From Candidatus Poribacteria bacterium (GTDB taxonomy: Bacteria > Poribacteria > WGA-4E > WGA-3G): 64,000 nucleotides of DNA. Positions 49,654-59,624 of this stretch are shown one piece after another. The notes beneath the pieces are model-generated. The model searched no databases. It had not been told where the DNA came from and saw only the letters and a program-made list of their open reading frames with translations. How positions within the stretch are numbered: position 1 is the stretch's first letter; each line of letters begins with the position of its first letter. The DNA is taken from contig OZ242029.1 in the NCBI GenBank assembly GCA_965205015.1, forward strand, positions 288,001-352,000, read 5' to 3'. Position numbers and translations under genes: made by a program.

Positions 49654-51642
49654 TTAAGAGTCTACAAAGGGTTTTACATCCCAAAGGAGGATAGTGCCAT
49701 CATACCCGCCACTCGCCAAAATCGTGCCATCAGGAGAGAACGCGAGACACTGAATATCGGTAGGGTGTCCTCGAAAGGTAGCAATATTTTTCCCACTTGC
49801 GACTTCCCATAATCGAATCGCAACCTTCTTTATCCCCATATCTCGCCGCCATCCTGAACCGGAAGCCAGATATCTGCTACAGGGAGAAAACACCAGCGAA
49901 TCCAACCAACTATCTGTTTCTGATAGAGGTATCGTGAGGCGGGTTTCAGCATGTTTCACATCCCACAACAAAATTCCTGGGTGCCCGCCCCCCGCAATCA
50001 TATGACCACAAGGCGAAAATACTATTGGATACATTTGATTAGGAAAGGTCCCAATTGCTTCACCACTTTCAACATCCCACAACCGGGATTCGGGACCGTT
50101 GCGCGTGATACTCACAAGCAACTTTTCATCTGGACTAAACGCAATTGCGTGGACCCAATCCTGGTGTGCTTTGAGTGTGTGTCGTCTATGCTGCTGGACA
50201 TCTGACACATACACGGTGCCTTCACTATCCCCGCATGCCAATAGGTTGCTTGTAGGTGCGAACGCTGCGACTGTTACCTGCCGCTTTTCCTCAGAAATGA
50301 GATTTTTTTCTTCAGGAAGCCTGAAAGAAGCAATCAGGGATTCGGTGTTTTTAATTTCCCACACCTTGGCAGTGTTGCCATCGGGACCCATCGCATGGAT
50401 TTTACCGAGCGGCGATATAGCGACAGCATTCCTGCCGCCAGATAAGTTAAAACGCGTCGGGGACTGCGATGGATCAGCAACATTCCATGACATTACGCCG
50501 TGTTCCCAATATCCGCCTGTAAGGGTTTTTCCATCCGACGAAAAGACTAACGAAACGGGAACGTCGGTATGTAAGTGAGGGTATGTCCCTGGTTTGAACT
50601 CGCCGACTGTCCACACCTTAAATTCACTTTCGGTTGCGGAAACGAACGGGTACTCTTTTGGTAAACGGTCCCCATGGAGACCTTGATGTGCTTCAAGGTA
50701 AGTGTCAGACTTTTCCTCACGTTCTACGTCCCACACCGCGAAGGTATCATAAGGTGGTTCCGCTGCATATAGCACACCCTCCGGCGAATAGAAAACCTGC
50801 TTTCGTTCCGCTCCATAATTCTGGGAATCCCGGATCATTTTCCAACTGTCAACTGTCCAAACGCGAACGCCACCCTTCCGTTCACCGGATGCGAGGAATT
50901 GTCCACATGGCGAAAAACAGAGGCTCTCTGCAAAATCGGTGAGTTCTGTGAGGCAGGCGAGCCGCTCCCCGCGCTTTATATCCCACACCGCGATGAAGTG
51001 AGAAGAATGCTTAGGGGTGTGGATGGTGTTGATTTGGTCCGCGTATACCATCAAACTTTCATCAGGCATCGTACACGCCAGCAAGTTCCCATCAGCGGAA
51101 AAAGCAATAGGGCGTCGGGATCCACCGAACCATCTGAAATTTGTTTCGCCGTGGAATTTTGCAATCTGTTCGCCTGTTTCAGGGTGCCAAACATATAGGA
51201 TATAATCTCGGATGCTGGAGACAGCAAGGCATTGACTGTCAGATGAAAAGACGAGATGGGAGACCAGATGATAAGGTTTCTCTGTCTCGTCTCGCTCCAT
51301 CTGTGAGATACAGACACCGCGCTGCAAATCCCATACTTTGACAAGACCGTCTCCATCACCGGTGGCAAGCCACTTGCCATTTGGCGAAAAGGAGATAGCG
51401 GAGATGTACCCGCGCGCTGTGTCCCACAACGCGATTGGCGTCATGGTGGGCACATCGTACCACCAGACACCTATACAACTGCCAACGGCGAGATACTTCC
51501 CATCTGGTGAGGGGGCAATATTTTCCATTATCCCTCTACCTTGTGCGAATCGGGCAACCGCATTCTCAGGAAGTTCCCATGTGGTTATATCACTGTTTTC
51601 AGGCTGCATAATAGCAGGCGACCATTTTTCACTATTTGGCAT
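49654..51642 (-). CDS. WD40 repeat protein
   Basis: WELPENAVARF N-terminus; multiple FSP.G..LA / LWD repeats. Confidence 0.85.
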   Translation of the reverse strand: MPNSEKWSPAIMQPENSDITTWELPENAVARFAQGRGIMENIAPSPDGKYLAVGSCIGVWWYDVPTMTPIALWDTARGYISAISFSPNGKWLATGDGDGLVKVWDLQRGVCISQMERDETEKPYHLVSHLVFSSDSQCLAVSSIRDYILYVWHPETGEQIAKFHGETNFRWFGGSRRPIAFSADGNLLACTMPDESLMVYADQINTIHTPKHSSHFIAVWDIKRGERLACLTELTDFAESLCFSPCGQFLASGERKGGVRVWTVDSWKMIRDSQNYGAERKQVFYSPEGVLYAAEPPYDTFAVWDVEREEKSDTYLEAHQGLHGDRLPKEYPFVSATESEFKVWTVGEFKPGTYPHLHTDVPVSLVFSSDGKTLTGGYWEHGVMSWNVADPSQSPTRFNLSGGRNAVAISPLGKIHAMGPDGNTAKVWEIKNTESLIASFRLPEEKNLISEEKRQVTVAAFAPTSNLLACGDSEGTVYVSDVQQHRRHTLKAHQDWVHAIAFSPDEKLLVSITRNGPESRLWDVESGEAIGTFPNQMYPIVFSPCGHMIAGGGHPGILLWDVKHAETRLTIPLSETDSWLDSLVFSPCSRYLASGSGWRRDMGIKKVAIRLWEVASGKNIATFRGHPTDIQCLAFSPDGTILASGGYDGTILLWDVKPFVDS

Positions 51643-51907
51643 TAAGCTGTATCCTTTGCGTAATTGCCATGATTTGGCTTGGAATAACGTCTCGTCTTAT
51701 ATATTCGGAGCGTAACAGATTTCATCGCACAATAATCCACTTATACACATTCTTGGATGCACTTTCACTTGTTCTGAAGAGGTCGCGAGCACAGCGCGCT
51801 CCTACAAGAAGCGGCTGCTTCGTATTACTGAAAACTTGATTAATACAGATAGCCGAAATTCACGTCAAAATATAATATACCCTCTTAACAGAATACCACA
51901 CGGCAAA

Positions 51908-53698
51908 ATGCACGCGCCGGAAAGGAGTCTCACCATTCGTAGTCTATTCGGTCTCAAGAAGTATGTCATTCGGTATCGATACGCTATCTCAATTAGCTTC
52001 GTCCTTGTGATTCTGACGAATGGAATTCTGCTGATCAGCCCAAAGATCCTGCAAAGGGTGTTTGACGAGTTAGAACGCGCGGTTAGGGACCCAAACTTTA
52101 CAGTATCCCCGAGGCGTATCCTTTTTTTCGGACTCCTTATCTTTGGGGTCGCGCTCTTTGCCGGTATTCTCCGCTTCGCCCAACGCCGCATCATCCAAGG
52201 GGTCGCTCGACAGATGGAGTTTCACCTCCGCGCCGACTTCTTTCTCCATCTCCAAAAACTCTCCGCCGCCTACTACGATAACGTCCGCACGGGTGATCTG
52301 ATGACGCGCGCTACCAGCGACCTAAACGCCATTAGAATGGTACTGAGCAGTGCGATCATGTACTCCGCTGATGCGATCGTGTTTTTCGGGTTCGCACTTA
52401 CCATCATGCTGCAGATTGACGCAACCCTAACGGTTGTCGCCTTGCTACCCTATCCAATCCTCGCAGTTTTGATTCGCTCCCTCGGAAAACGGTTACACGC
52501 CCACTATGAACGCATCCAAGAGGCGTTTTCAACGTTGAATACCAAAGTCCAGGAGAATTTGTCGGGGGTGCGCGTTGTGAAGGCATATACGCTTGAGGCA
52601 AGTGAGGTGGATCATTTCCAAGAACTGAATCACGAGTTTGTTGAACGGAACCACCGGCAAATCCGATTGATGACATTCTTCTTTCCGCTCTTCCGATTTC
52701 TACCGGGTGTCGGGGGTGTGGTTCTCCTCTGGATGGGCGGTCTCCATGTCATTGAAGGGAAAATTACACTCGGCGATTTTGTGGCGTTCAGTGCCTATCT
52801 CATGATGCTCGTCCGCCCGATGATTACCCTCGGTTTCATTGTTAACACTTTTGAACGCGGGGCAGCCTCTATGGATCGGATGAACGCAGTCCTCAACGAA
52901 AAGCCTGAAATCTTCGACGACGCGCAGGTGAAATGGGGTATCAAAAACATTGAAGGCGAAATTGAGTTTAAAAATCTGAATTTCGATTACCCAGACGGAA
53001 CGCCTGTGCTCAAAGACATTAACCTTAAAATTGCGCCTGGCATGACGCTCGCGATCGTCGGTGGGACAGGCTCTGGAAAATCTACCCTCGTCAACCTCAT
53101 CCCCCGCATCCGTCGAGCAGAACGCGGCACCCTCTTTATCGATGGCGTGGACATTCAGGACATACCCCTAAACGTCCTCCGCTCCAATATCGGGTTTGTA
53201 GAACAGGAGCCGTTTCTTTTTTCGGACTACCTGCGGAACAATATCACCTACGGTCTCGAAACAGCGGACGATGCAGAGGTGAAAAAAGCGGCACACACCG
53301 CAGACCTTCTCGCACAAATTGAGGAATTCCCCGACGGATTGGAAACCTTCCTCGGTGAACGCGGGATAACAATTTCCGGTGGGCAACGCCAACGGAGCGC
53401 GCTCGCCCGAGCAATCATCATTAAACCCAAAATCCTAATCCTTGACGACGCCTTCGCGAACGTGGATACCCAGACGGAGGATACCATTCTCAATCGACTC
53501 GACGAAATTATGAAAAATCGCACAACGATTCTCATTTCGCATCGGATCTCTACCGTCAAAAACGCCGACCATATTATCGTCCTCAATGACGGCAGTATCG
53601 TTGAAACCGGCACACACGAACAACTGCTTGAACACAACGGAATTTACGCCGGTATCTATGAAACACAACTCTTGCAAGAGGAACTCGAGGAACTATAA
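51908..53698 (+). CDS. ABC exporter, TMD-NBD subunit 1 (heterodimeric multidrug type)
   Basis: GGTGSGKS, ISGGQRQR, degenerate LDD Walker B; start uncertain (ATG 51908 or ATT 51935). Confidence 0.9.
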   Translation: MHAPERSLTIRSLFGLKKYVIRYRYAISISFVLVILTNGILLISPKILQRVFDELERAVRDPNFTVSPRRILFFGLLIFGVALFAGILRFAQRRIIQGVARQMEFHLRADFFLHLQKLSAAYYDNVRTGDLMTRATSDLNAIRMVLSSAIMYSADAIVFFGFALTIMLQIDATLTVVALLPYPILAVLIRSLGKRLHAHYERIQEAFSTLNTKVQENLSGVRVVKAYTLEASEVDHFQELNHEFVERNHRQIRLMTFFFPLFRFLPGVGGVVLLWMGGLHVIEGKITLGDFVAFSAYLMMLVRPMITLGFIVNTFERGAASMDRMNAVLNEKPEIFDDAQVKWGIKNIEGEIEFKNLNFDYPDGTPVLKDINLKIAPGMTLAIVGGTGSGKSTLVNLIPRIRRAERGTLFIDGVDIQDIPLNVLRSNIGFVEQEPFLFSDYLRNNITYGLETADDAEVKKAAHTADLLAQIEEFPDGLETFLGERGITISGGQRQRSALARAIIIKPKILILDDAFANVDTQTEDTILNRLDEIMKNRTTILISHRISTVKNADHIIVLNDGSIVETGTHEQLLEHNGIYAGIYETQLLQEELEEL

Positions 53699-53713
53699 AG
53701 GAGGAGTCCACCT

Positions 53714-55522
53714 ATGTTCGGCATGGGAGGCGAATTATACGAATATAGCGAAGAAGAGCAAGACCTCGGGAAAGTCTATGATCGGGTGCTAATGAAGCGG
53801 CTCCTGGCGTATCTCAAGCCCTACAAACTCCAATTGCTCATCATCGGATTGCTCATGGTCGGGAATACACTTGCCCGCTTAGCTGGACCCTACCTGCTGC
53901 AGCGGGGTATTGACGAGCACATCACCCCCGGCGTATTGGACGGATTAAGCACGATTGCAATGTTTTTCGTGTTAGCATTGATTGGCGAGTTCGTATTCAG
54001 TTACTTTGAAGAATACCGCATGCAGATGATTGGACAACACGTGATGCACGATTTGCGACAAACGCTCTTTTCGCATCTGCAACGCTTGGATGTCCAATTC
54101 TTTGATAAAAATCCGGTCGGTAGACTGATGACCCGCGTGATGGGGGATGTGCAGGTCCTCAACGAACTCTTCGCCTCTGGTGTGATTACTGTTTTCGCGA
54201 ATCTGCTCCAGATTTTGGGGATCATGGTGGTAATGCTCCTCTATAACTGGAAACTCGCACTCGTGACGTTCACCGTGATTCCCATCATTTTCGGTGCAAC
54301 GCTGGTCTACCAGATTTATTCGCGCCGCGCGTTTCGCGAGCAACGCAAGCAACTCGCCCGGATTAACGCCTTTTTACAGGAAAACATCGTCGGTATGACG
54401 ACGATGCAACTTTTCGCACAAGAGCGGCGGAGCCATCTCCGTTTTAATGAGCGCAACCGGAGATACCTCGCGGCGAACCTCCGAAGTATCTTCTATTTTT
54501 CGATTTTCCACCCACTGATTGAAGTGACCGCTTCGCTTGCGATAGCCGTAATTATCTGGTACGGTGGTGGACAGGTCGTGCAAGGTGCGCTGAGTTTCGG
54601 TGTGCTGTTAGCATTTATCCGTTACGCTGAACGTTTCTTCTGGCCCATCCGAGAACTCAGCGAGAAATATACCATCTTCCAGAACGCAATGGCATCCTCC
54701 GAACGTATCTTCCAGCTGCTGGATACACAACCCTCTATCGTTTCTACTGCCCCTAAAAACAGCTCCGGGACTCTGAAAGGCGAGATTGAATTCCGAAACG
54801 TCTGGTTCGCCTACAACGATGACGACTACGTTTTGCGGGATGTCTCATTCAAGGTGAAACCGGGGGAAAAGGTCGCACTTGTGGGGCATACCGGTGCAGG
54901 AAAAACCTCTATCATCAACCTGCTCTGTCGATTCTACGAGATTAACAAGGGACAGATCCTGATTGACGGTGTAGATATCCGAGAGATGAACTTGGAGGAA
55001 TTACGGGAAGCCGTCAGTATCGTGCAACAGAATATCTTCCTCTTCTCCGACTCCATCGAACGGAATATTAATCTGGGGAATCCCGCAATCTCGTCGGAGC
55101 AGGTGAAGCGTGCCGCGCAAGACGTGCATTTAGATCGGTTCGTTCAGAAAATGCCGCAGGTCTACGGCACAGAGATCAAAGAGGATGGCGGCGGGTTATC
55201 CGTTGGACAGAAGCAGTTGGTCGCCTTTGCGCGAGCGTTAGCCTCCGATCCGAGTATCCTCATCCTCGACGAAGCCACCTCAAGCGTTGACACCGAAACC
55301 GAGATCCTGATTGAGGACGCGCTTCGGCGTTTGATGGCAGATCGCACCTCCGTCGTCATCGCGCACCGACTTTCGACGATCCAAAATGCGGACAAAATTA
55401 TCGTGATGCACCGCGGCGAAATCCGGGAGACCGGTACACATAATGAACTATTACAACAGGAAGGCATCTATTATCGGTTGTATCAGTTGCAGTACAAGGG
55501 ACAAGAGAAAGGGAACAGTTAG
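53714..55522 (+). CDS. ABC exporter, TMD-NBD subunit 2
   Basis: GHTGAGKT, LSVGQKQL, LDEATS, AHRLST. Confidence 0.92.
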   Translation: MFGMGGELYEYSEEEQDLGKVYDRVLMKRLLAYLKPYKLQLLIIGLLMVGNTLARLAGPYLLQRGIDEHITPGVLDGLSTIAMFFVLALIGEFVFSYFEEYRMQMIGQHVMHDLRQTLFSHLQRLDVQFFDKNPVGRLMTRVMGDVQVLNELFASGVITVFANLLQILGIMVVMLLYNWKLALVTFTVIPIIFGATLVYQIYSRRAFREQRKQLARINAFLQENIVGMTTMQLFAQERRSHLRFNERNRRYLAANLRSIFYFSIFHPLIEVTASLAIAVIIWYGGGQVVQGALSFGVLLAFIRYAERFFWPIRELSEKYTIFQNAMASSERIFQLLDTQPSIVSTAPKNSSGTLKGEIEFRNVWFAYNDDDYVLRDVSFKVKPGEKVALVGHTGAGKTSIINLLCRFYEINKGQILIDGVDIREMNLEELREAVSIVQQNIFLFSDSIERNINLGNPAISSEQVKRAAQDVHLDRFVQKMPQVYGTEIKEDGGGLSVGQKQLVAFARALASDPSILILDEATSSVDTETEILIEDALRRLMADRTSVVIAHRLSTIQNADKIIVMHRGEIRETGTHNELLQQEGIYYRLYQLQYKGQEKGNS

Positions 55523-55537
55523 AACGTATCGTGCGCC

Positions 55538-57463
55538 TCAATGCCACACAATATATGTCGGCATCTCCAGCACCAATCCGATGAGGCTCCACACGCATCC
55601 GAGCGTGTAATCCCCCAAAATCAATCCCAGAAAGAACGGCACTGCCTGTCGATAGAGCTTCACACCACCGATCTTCAGCACAACCGCTTTCGCCAACCAA
55701 CTGAGAAAGATCGGAAACCACAAACCGCCCATCCCTGTCCCGCTAACGAGAACATAACCCCCTGGATGCAGGGGCCACCAGAGAAACCGGATCTTCATCA
55801 TCATCAGGAGTATCGTAAACAGGAAACTCCCACCGATAACGCCGAGTTCCGGCACAGCCGTCTCCCGTGGACTGACAAGCCACGTCTGTAAACGGTTGAA
55901 CGTCTCCCACCCCATATAGACGATCCAGCCGCGTGCTTTACTCCCCGCACCCATATCGTAGAGGACGTGTAGATATGCCCAGAACGTTATCAGGATACCG
56001 AACACAATCGCCAAGATCATACCGATAAGCAACTGCCGATACCCAATCTGGCTCCGTTCTGCCAAGCGGAACGCCTCCAACTCACTCGGTGTCGGATGCG
56101 CACGGAAACAGCGGACAAACGGATAGAGGAACGTCAACCCCGTCAGGTTGCCTGCCCCGAGCCGACGCGTGCCCAACGCAAGCACCATCGTCCGTCCCGG
56201 ATCGACAAAGATGAGTTGATGCAACGGCGGTCCAATTTCAGCACGGATACGCGTGATGCCGATGACCAGTGGAAAATAGAACAGGAAAAAGAGTCCGATC
56301 GCCCAGAACGTCATCCCCATTTGAAAACAGAAAAAGAAGAGACACAGCATCCCGACCGTGAACAGTCCCGCCGCAGTGCGGTAACGCATCGGTTCACGAG
56401 AATCGTCAGGTGCGGGTTCCCCGCGGCGTTGTGCGATCCCGAAAACCTTCCGAAGAATCCGTCCGTAGTGTCGCCGTCCTATCCACAAGGGAATACATCC
56501 GAACGCTATCCATGCCCCCGTTTGTTGTTCGAGATGATAGATATTCCGCGCCCCGAGCGCGTCCGTTACAATCAGTTGGAGGCGACCGAGGAGCCAGAAG
56601 AACCAGCAGGAAAACGAGAGGTCCAGCGGTGTAAAGAACATCAAACCGATACTAAACGGGTAGAAGGAGATACGAATCGGTCCCATCGCACTCCACGGCT
56701 TCGAGCTGAATTGCCCGATCGTCTTACCCTTAATCGGGAGGGCGGGTATATCGGGAAACAGATAGTTCAAACCGTTCAGCAATTCCGCGCTCCCTGCGAG
56801 TGCGAAGCCGAGCCACATCCACGGCGAAGTAAAGAACCGTTTCGGGTTGCTCGTGAGTGCCAACGGGAGTTGGACGATCGGATAGTTCAGTCGTTCATTT
56901 TCCGTCCACTGCTTCCGAAGAAAGACCGTCACCGCTAACAACGTCAGCCAGAGCGCGATGACGAAACTCGACCACGCCAGCACCGGCGGTATCCATGCGT
57001 TTAAAGTGACGGAGGTGTAGAGCGTAGAATCTCCCTCGTAGAACCCGTCCAAGATCCGCGGAGTTTTAACAGCGATCCACGTCGGAACGTGATGCCCGAA
57101 CAACGGAATCCATTCGTTTTCTGGCGATGCGAACTGAAAGGCGTGCGCCAGGACGGGGATGAGATAGCCCATCATCGTATGCCCGCTGATCGTCGTCAGC
57201 ATCACGACCATCACATAGATGGTTTGCAAATCCGCTTCCGACATCGCCAGACGCGGTAGGAATCGCTGGAACAGTAGGTTGACCAGTACGAAAACAAGGA
57301 GGGTGAAAACCGCATTGAAGAACAGCGAAGCGATCGTCAGCTGCGTAGAGTGCCATACCTCTGTCCCCATCAGGCACCAGTAACTATTAAAGACGACGAG
57401 CACCAGCCCAATCAGTAGAATATGCGGTTTGACGAGATTGGTTCTTCCGTTTCCGTTAGCCAT
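55538..57463 (-). CDS. DUF6785/DUF6784-type membrane protein, paralog 2
   Basis: WTENERLNYPI, WWPLHPGGY; highly similar to 59625-61553. Confidence 0.75.
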   Translation of the reverse strand: MANGNGRTNLVKPHILLIGLVLVVFNSYWCLMGTEVWHSTQLTIASLFFNAVFTLLVFVLVNLLFQRFLPRLAMSEADLQTIYVMVVMLTTISGHTMMGYLIPVLAHAFQFASPENEWIPLFGHHVPTWIAVKTPRILDGFYEGDSTLYTSVTLNAWIPPVLAWSSFVIALWLTLLAVTVFLRKQWTENERLNYPIVQLPLALTSNPKRFFTSPWMWLGFALAGSAELLNGLNYLFPDIPALPIKGKTIGQFSSKPWSAMGPIRISFYPFSIGLMFFTPLDLSFSCWFFWLLGRLQLIVTDALGARNIYHLEQQTGAWIAFGCIPLWIGRRHYGRILRKVFGIAQRRGEPAPDDSREPMRYRTAAGLFTVGMLCLFFFCFQMGMTFWAIGLFFLFYFPLVIGITRIRAEIGPPLHQLIFVDPGRTMVLALGTRRLGAGNLTGLTFLYPFVRCFRAHPTPSELEAFRLAERSQIGYRQLLIGMILAIVFGILITFWAYLHVLYDMGAGSKARGWIVYMGWETFNRLQTWLVSPRETAVPELGVIGGSFLFTILLMMMKIRFLWWPLHPGGYVLVSGTGMGGLWFPIFLSWLAKAVVLKIGGVKLYRQAVPFFLGLILGDYTLGCVWSLIGLVLEMPTYIVWH

Positions 57464-58232
57464 TCCCGCTCCTACTGATGTGCCGTAACGCTTCCTGTAA
57501 CACCAATTCGTTGCTATATCTTTTTAGGGTGTCCGCTGCTGAGGGATCACTGAAGTCTCGGATCTCTTCGCATAATAGCGGCAATGCCCGCACGACGTTA
57601 TCCACGATTGTGATACTCGCCTGCTTCGCCGTGCGCGACATCGGGTTTAGATCGACGGTCACGACCGATTTGCCCATCTTACGGAGTGCTTCACATCGGT
57701 CGCCGTCCTCAAGCGGTACGAAGACGACATCCGCCTTAAAAATCCCGTCTGGATGCACGAACTTCCGATTGGAGTCGATATAGGAGAGTTGCGCCTCGGT
57801 TGTCGGCATTAGCACATCCGGCGCGCCTTCCACCGCCATATCCGCTGGCGAGGTTTCTAACCTCGCCTTGTGCTTCAGCAGATGTTCTCGGATCCTCTGC
57901 TCGCGTCCCGTCTCCGTGTGGAAAATATTGACCTCTAACGGAGCATTCAGCACCCGTCCCAATTCAACAAGCCCATCTGGCACCAATGCCGCGACATTCC
58001 CATTGACCGAAATAACAGGATGTTCCGCGAGACAAAGCATCGCCGCGGCAGCATGGATCGCCTCCGTTGCGAAGGGTTGTGTTGCCTCACCGATGAGGTA
58101 ATCGAAAGCTTCCCCGCGTCCGTGCGCGATGAGTCCGTGGACAGAGGTAATGCCTTGCTCCACACCTGCAACGATGGTATCTCTTAATGTCAATGAAAGG
58201 TATCGGGGATGTGTTTTCGGAACGTCGGTCAA
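57456..58232 (-). CDS. pps: Archaeal-type 4-phosphopantoate--beta-alanine ligase (phosphopantothenate synthetase)
   Basis: HPRYLSL, AHGRGEAFDYLIGE, SVNGNVAAL, VPLEDGDR, DLNPMSRTA. Confidence 0.9.
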   Translation of the reverse strand: MTDVPKTHPRYLSLTLRDTIVAGVEQGITSVHGLIAHGRGEAFDYLIGEATQPFATEAIHAAAAMLCLAEHPVISVNGNVAALVPDGLVELGRVLNAPLEVNIFHTETGREQRIREHLLKHKARLETSPADMAVEGAPDVLMPTTEAQLSYIDSNRKFVHPDGIFKADVVFVPLEDGDRCEALRKMGKSVVTVDLNPMSRTAKQASITIVDNVVRALPLLCEEIRDFSDPSAADTLKRYSNELVLQEALRHISRSGNG

Positions 58233-58262
58233 TTGTGTAACACCTCAGCACAAGTTTCATCT

Positions 58263-58291
58263 ATTATACTGCGTTTTGCATAAGTTTGCAA
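58263..58291 (-). promoter_or_regulatory. Sigma70 promoter of pps-DUF6785 unit
   Basis: TTGCAA-17-TATAAT; homologous promoter at 61594-61622. Confidence 0.7.
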
Positions 58292-58518
58292 GTGGCGATG
58301 TGTAACCCAATTCCGGCTCAGATTTGACAAATTTCAAGTGTTACAGTAAATTATATTTAAACTCCCTAAGCGTGACATATATTGTCCCTAAAAACGAGCA
58401 CTTTTGTAGCATAGGAGACCGTTGGTCTCCTGTGCAGTCCTGCAGGCGCTTTGAAGCGATCTGTCAATGCAATATAATCTTTTAGAAATGGTATGATTTG
58501 AAATAAAAGAGAGAAAAA

Positions 58519-59583
58519 ATGACCCAAACAACAAAACACCCTGTTGACAACGAGACAAACGTTGAGGAGAGAGCAAACAGTGTTGATGCTGTAAGTGATG
58601 TAGAAAATCAACGCCAACTCAACGATTTACGACGTGAATATCTTGATGGTCGGTCGGATTCTATTAATCAATGGCTGGTTGTTATAGGTATAGTTCTTGC
58701 CTTTTTTGCAGTCGCAATTCCGATTGTAACGGGTATTGCTGCTTATGTGGCTTACAGAGAGTTTCAGAATATTGAATCCGAGGCAGCGAAATATCTTCAG
58801 GAAGCAAAGGGATATGCCAACGAAGCAGCAAAATATCTTCAGGAAATCGAGGCGCAAAAGAAAGTAGCAGAAAAAGTCGTATCGGAATTGACCAGTCAAG
58901 ACATCACTAAACTCGTTCAACCCGGAAAATCCGAAGTATCCCCAGAAGTTGAGGACCTACTACGAACGATTCAACGGGATCCTGGGACATCCGTAATAGA
59001 TAAAGCTATAGCTGGGGTGGTCAGATTGCAGCAAGAGGGAAGAACTGATGATGCGATTAAGCAGTGGAGTTCTATTGCGAATATATCGGAGGGGATTGAT
59101 AACGATATAGCCGCGGCGGCATTTTTCGCTCGTGGAACAATCAAAAATTCTTTGGGGAGACATGAGGAGGCGATTTCAGACGCTAATGAGGCAATCCGCT
59201 TAAAGCCAAATTATGTTGAGGCATACTTTCTTCGTGGACTCACCAACGAGAATTTAGGGAGACATGAGGAGGCGATTTCAGACCTTAATGAGGCAATCCG
59301 CTTAAGGCCAAATGATGCGCAGGCTTATCTCTTTCGTGGACTCTCCAACGGGAATTGGGGGAGACATGAGGAGGCGATTTCAGACCTTAATGAGGCAATC
59401 CGTTTAAAGCCAAATGACGCTCAGGCTTATTACCTTCGTGGCACTATAAAGGGAAACCTTAATAAAATAGAGGAGGCAAAGGCAGATTATCAGACGGCTT
59501 TAAAACTCGCTGAACAACAAGGAGACGAAAATCTCAAAACGACTCTTGAAGGAATACTTCAAGGATTCCAATATAAAGAATAG
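58519..59583 (+). CDS. Membrane-anchored TPR protein
   Basis: TM helix, coiled coil, 34-aa repeats GRHEEAISDLNEAIRLKPN. Confidence 0.85.
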   Translation: MTQTTKHPVDNETNVEERANSVDAVSDVENQRQLNDLRREYLDGRSDSINQWLVVIGIVLAFFAVAIPIVTGIAAYVAYREFQNIESEAAKYLQEAKGYANEAAKYLQEIEAQKKVAEKVVSELTSQDITKLVQPGKSEVSPEVEDLLRTIQRDPGTSVIDKAIAGVVRLQQEGRTDDAIKQWSSIANISEGIDNDIAAAAFFARGTIKNSLGRHEEAISDANEAIRLKPNYVEAYFLRGLTNENLGRHEEAISDLNEAIRLRPNDAQAYLFRGLSNGNWGRHEEAISDLNEAIRLKPNDAQAYYLRGTIKGNLNKIEEAKADYQTALKLAEQQGDENLKTTLEGILQGFQYKE

Positions 59584-59624
59584 CCTTACGTTATCACGAA
59601 ACACGCTTCCAAAAATTGAACGCC

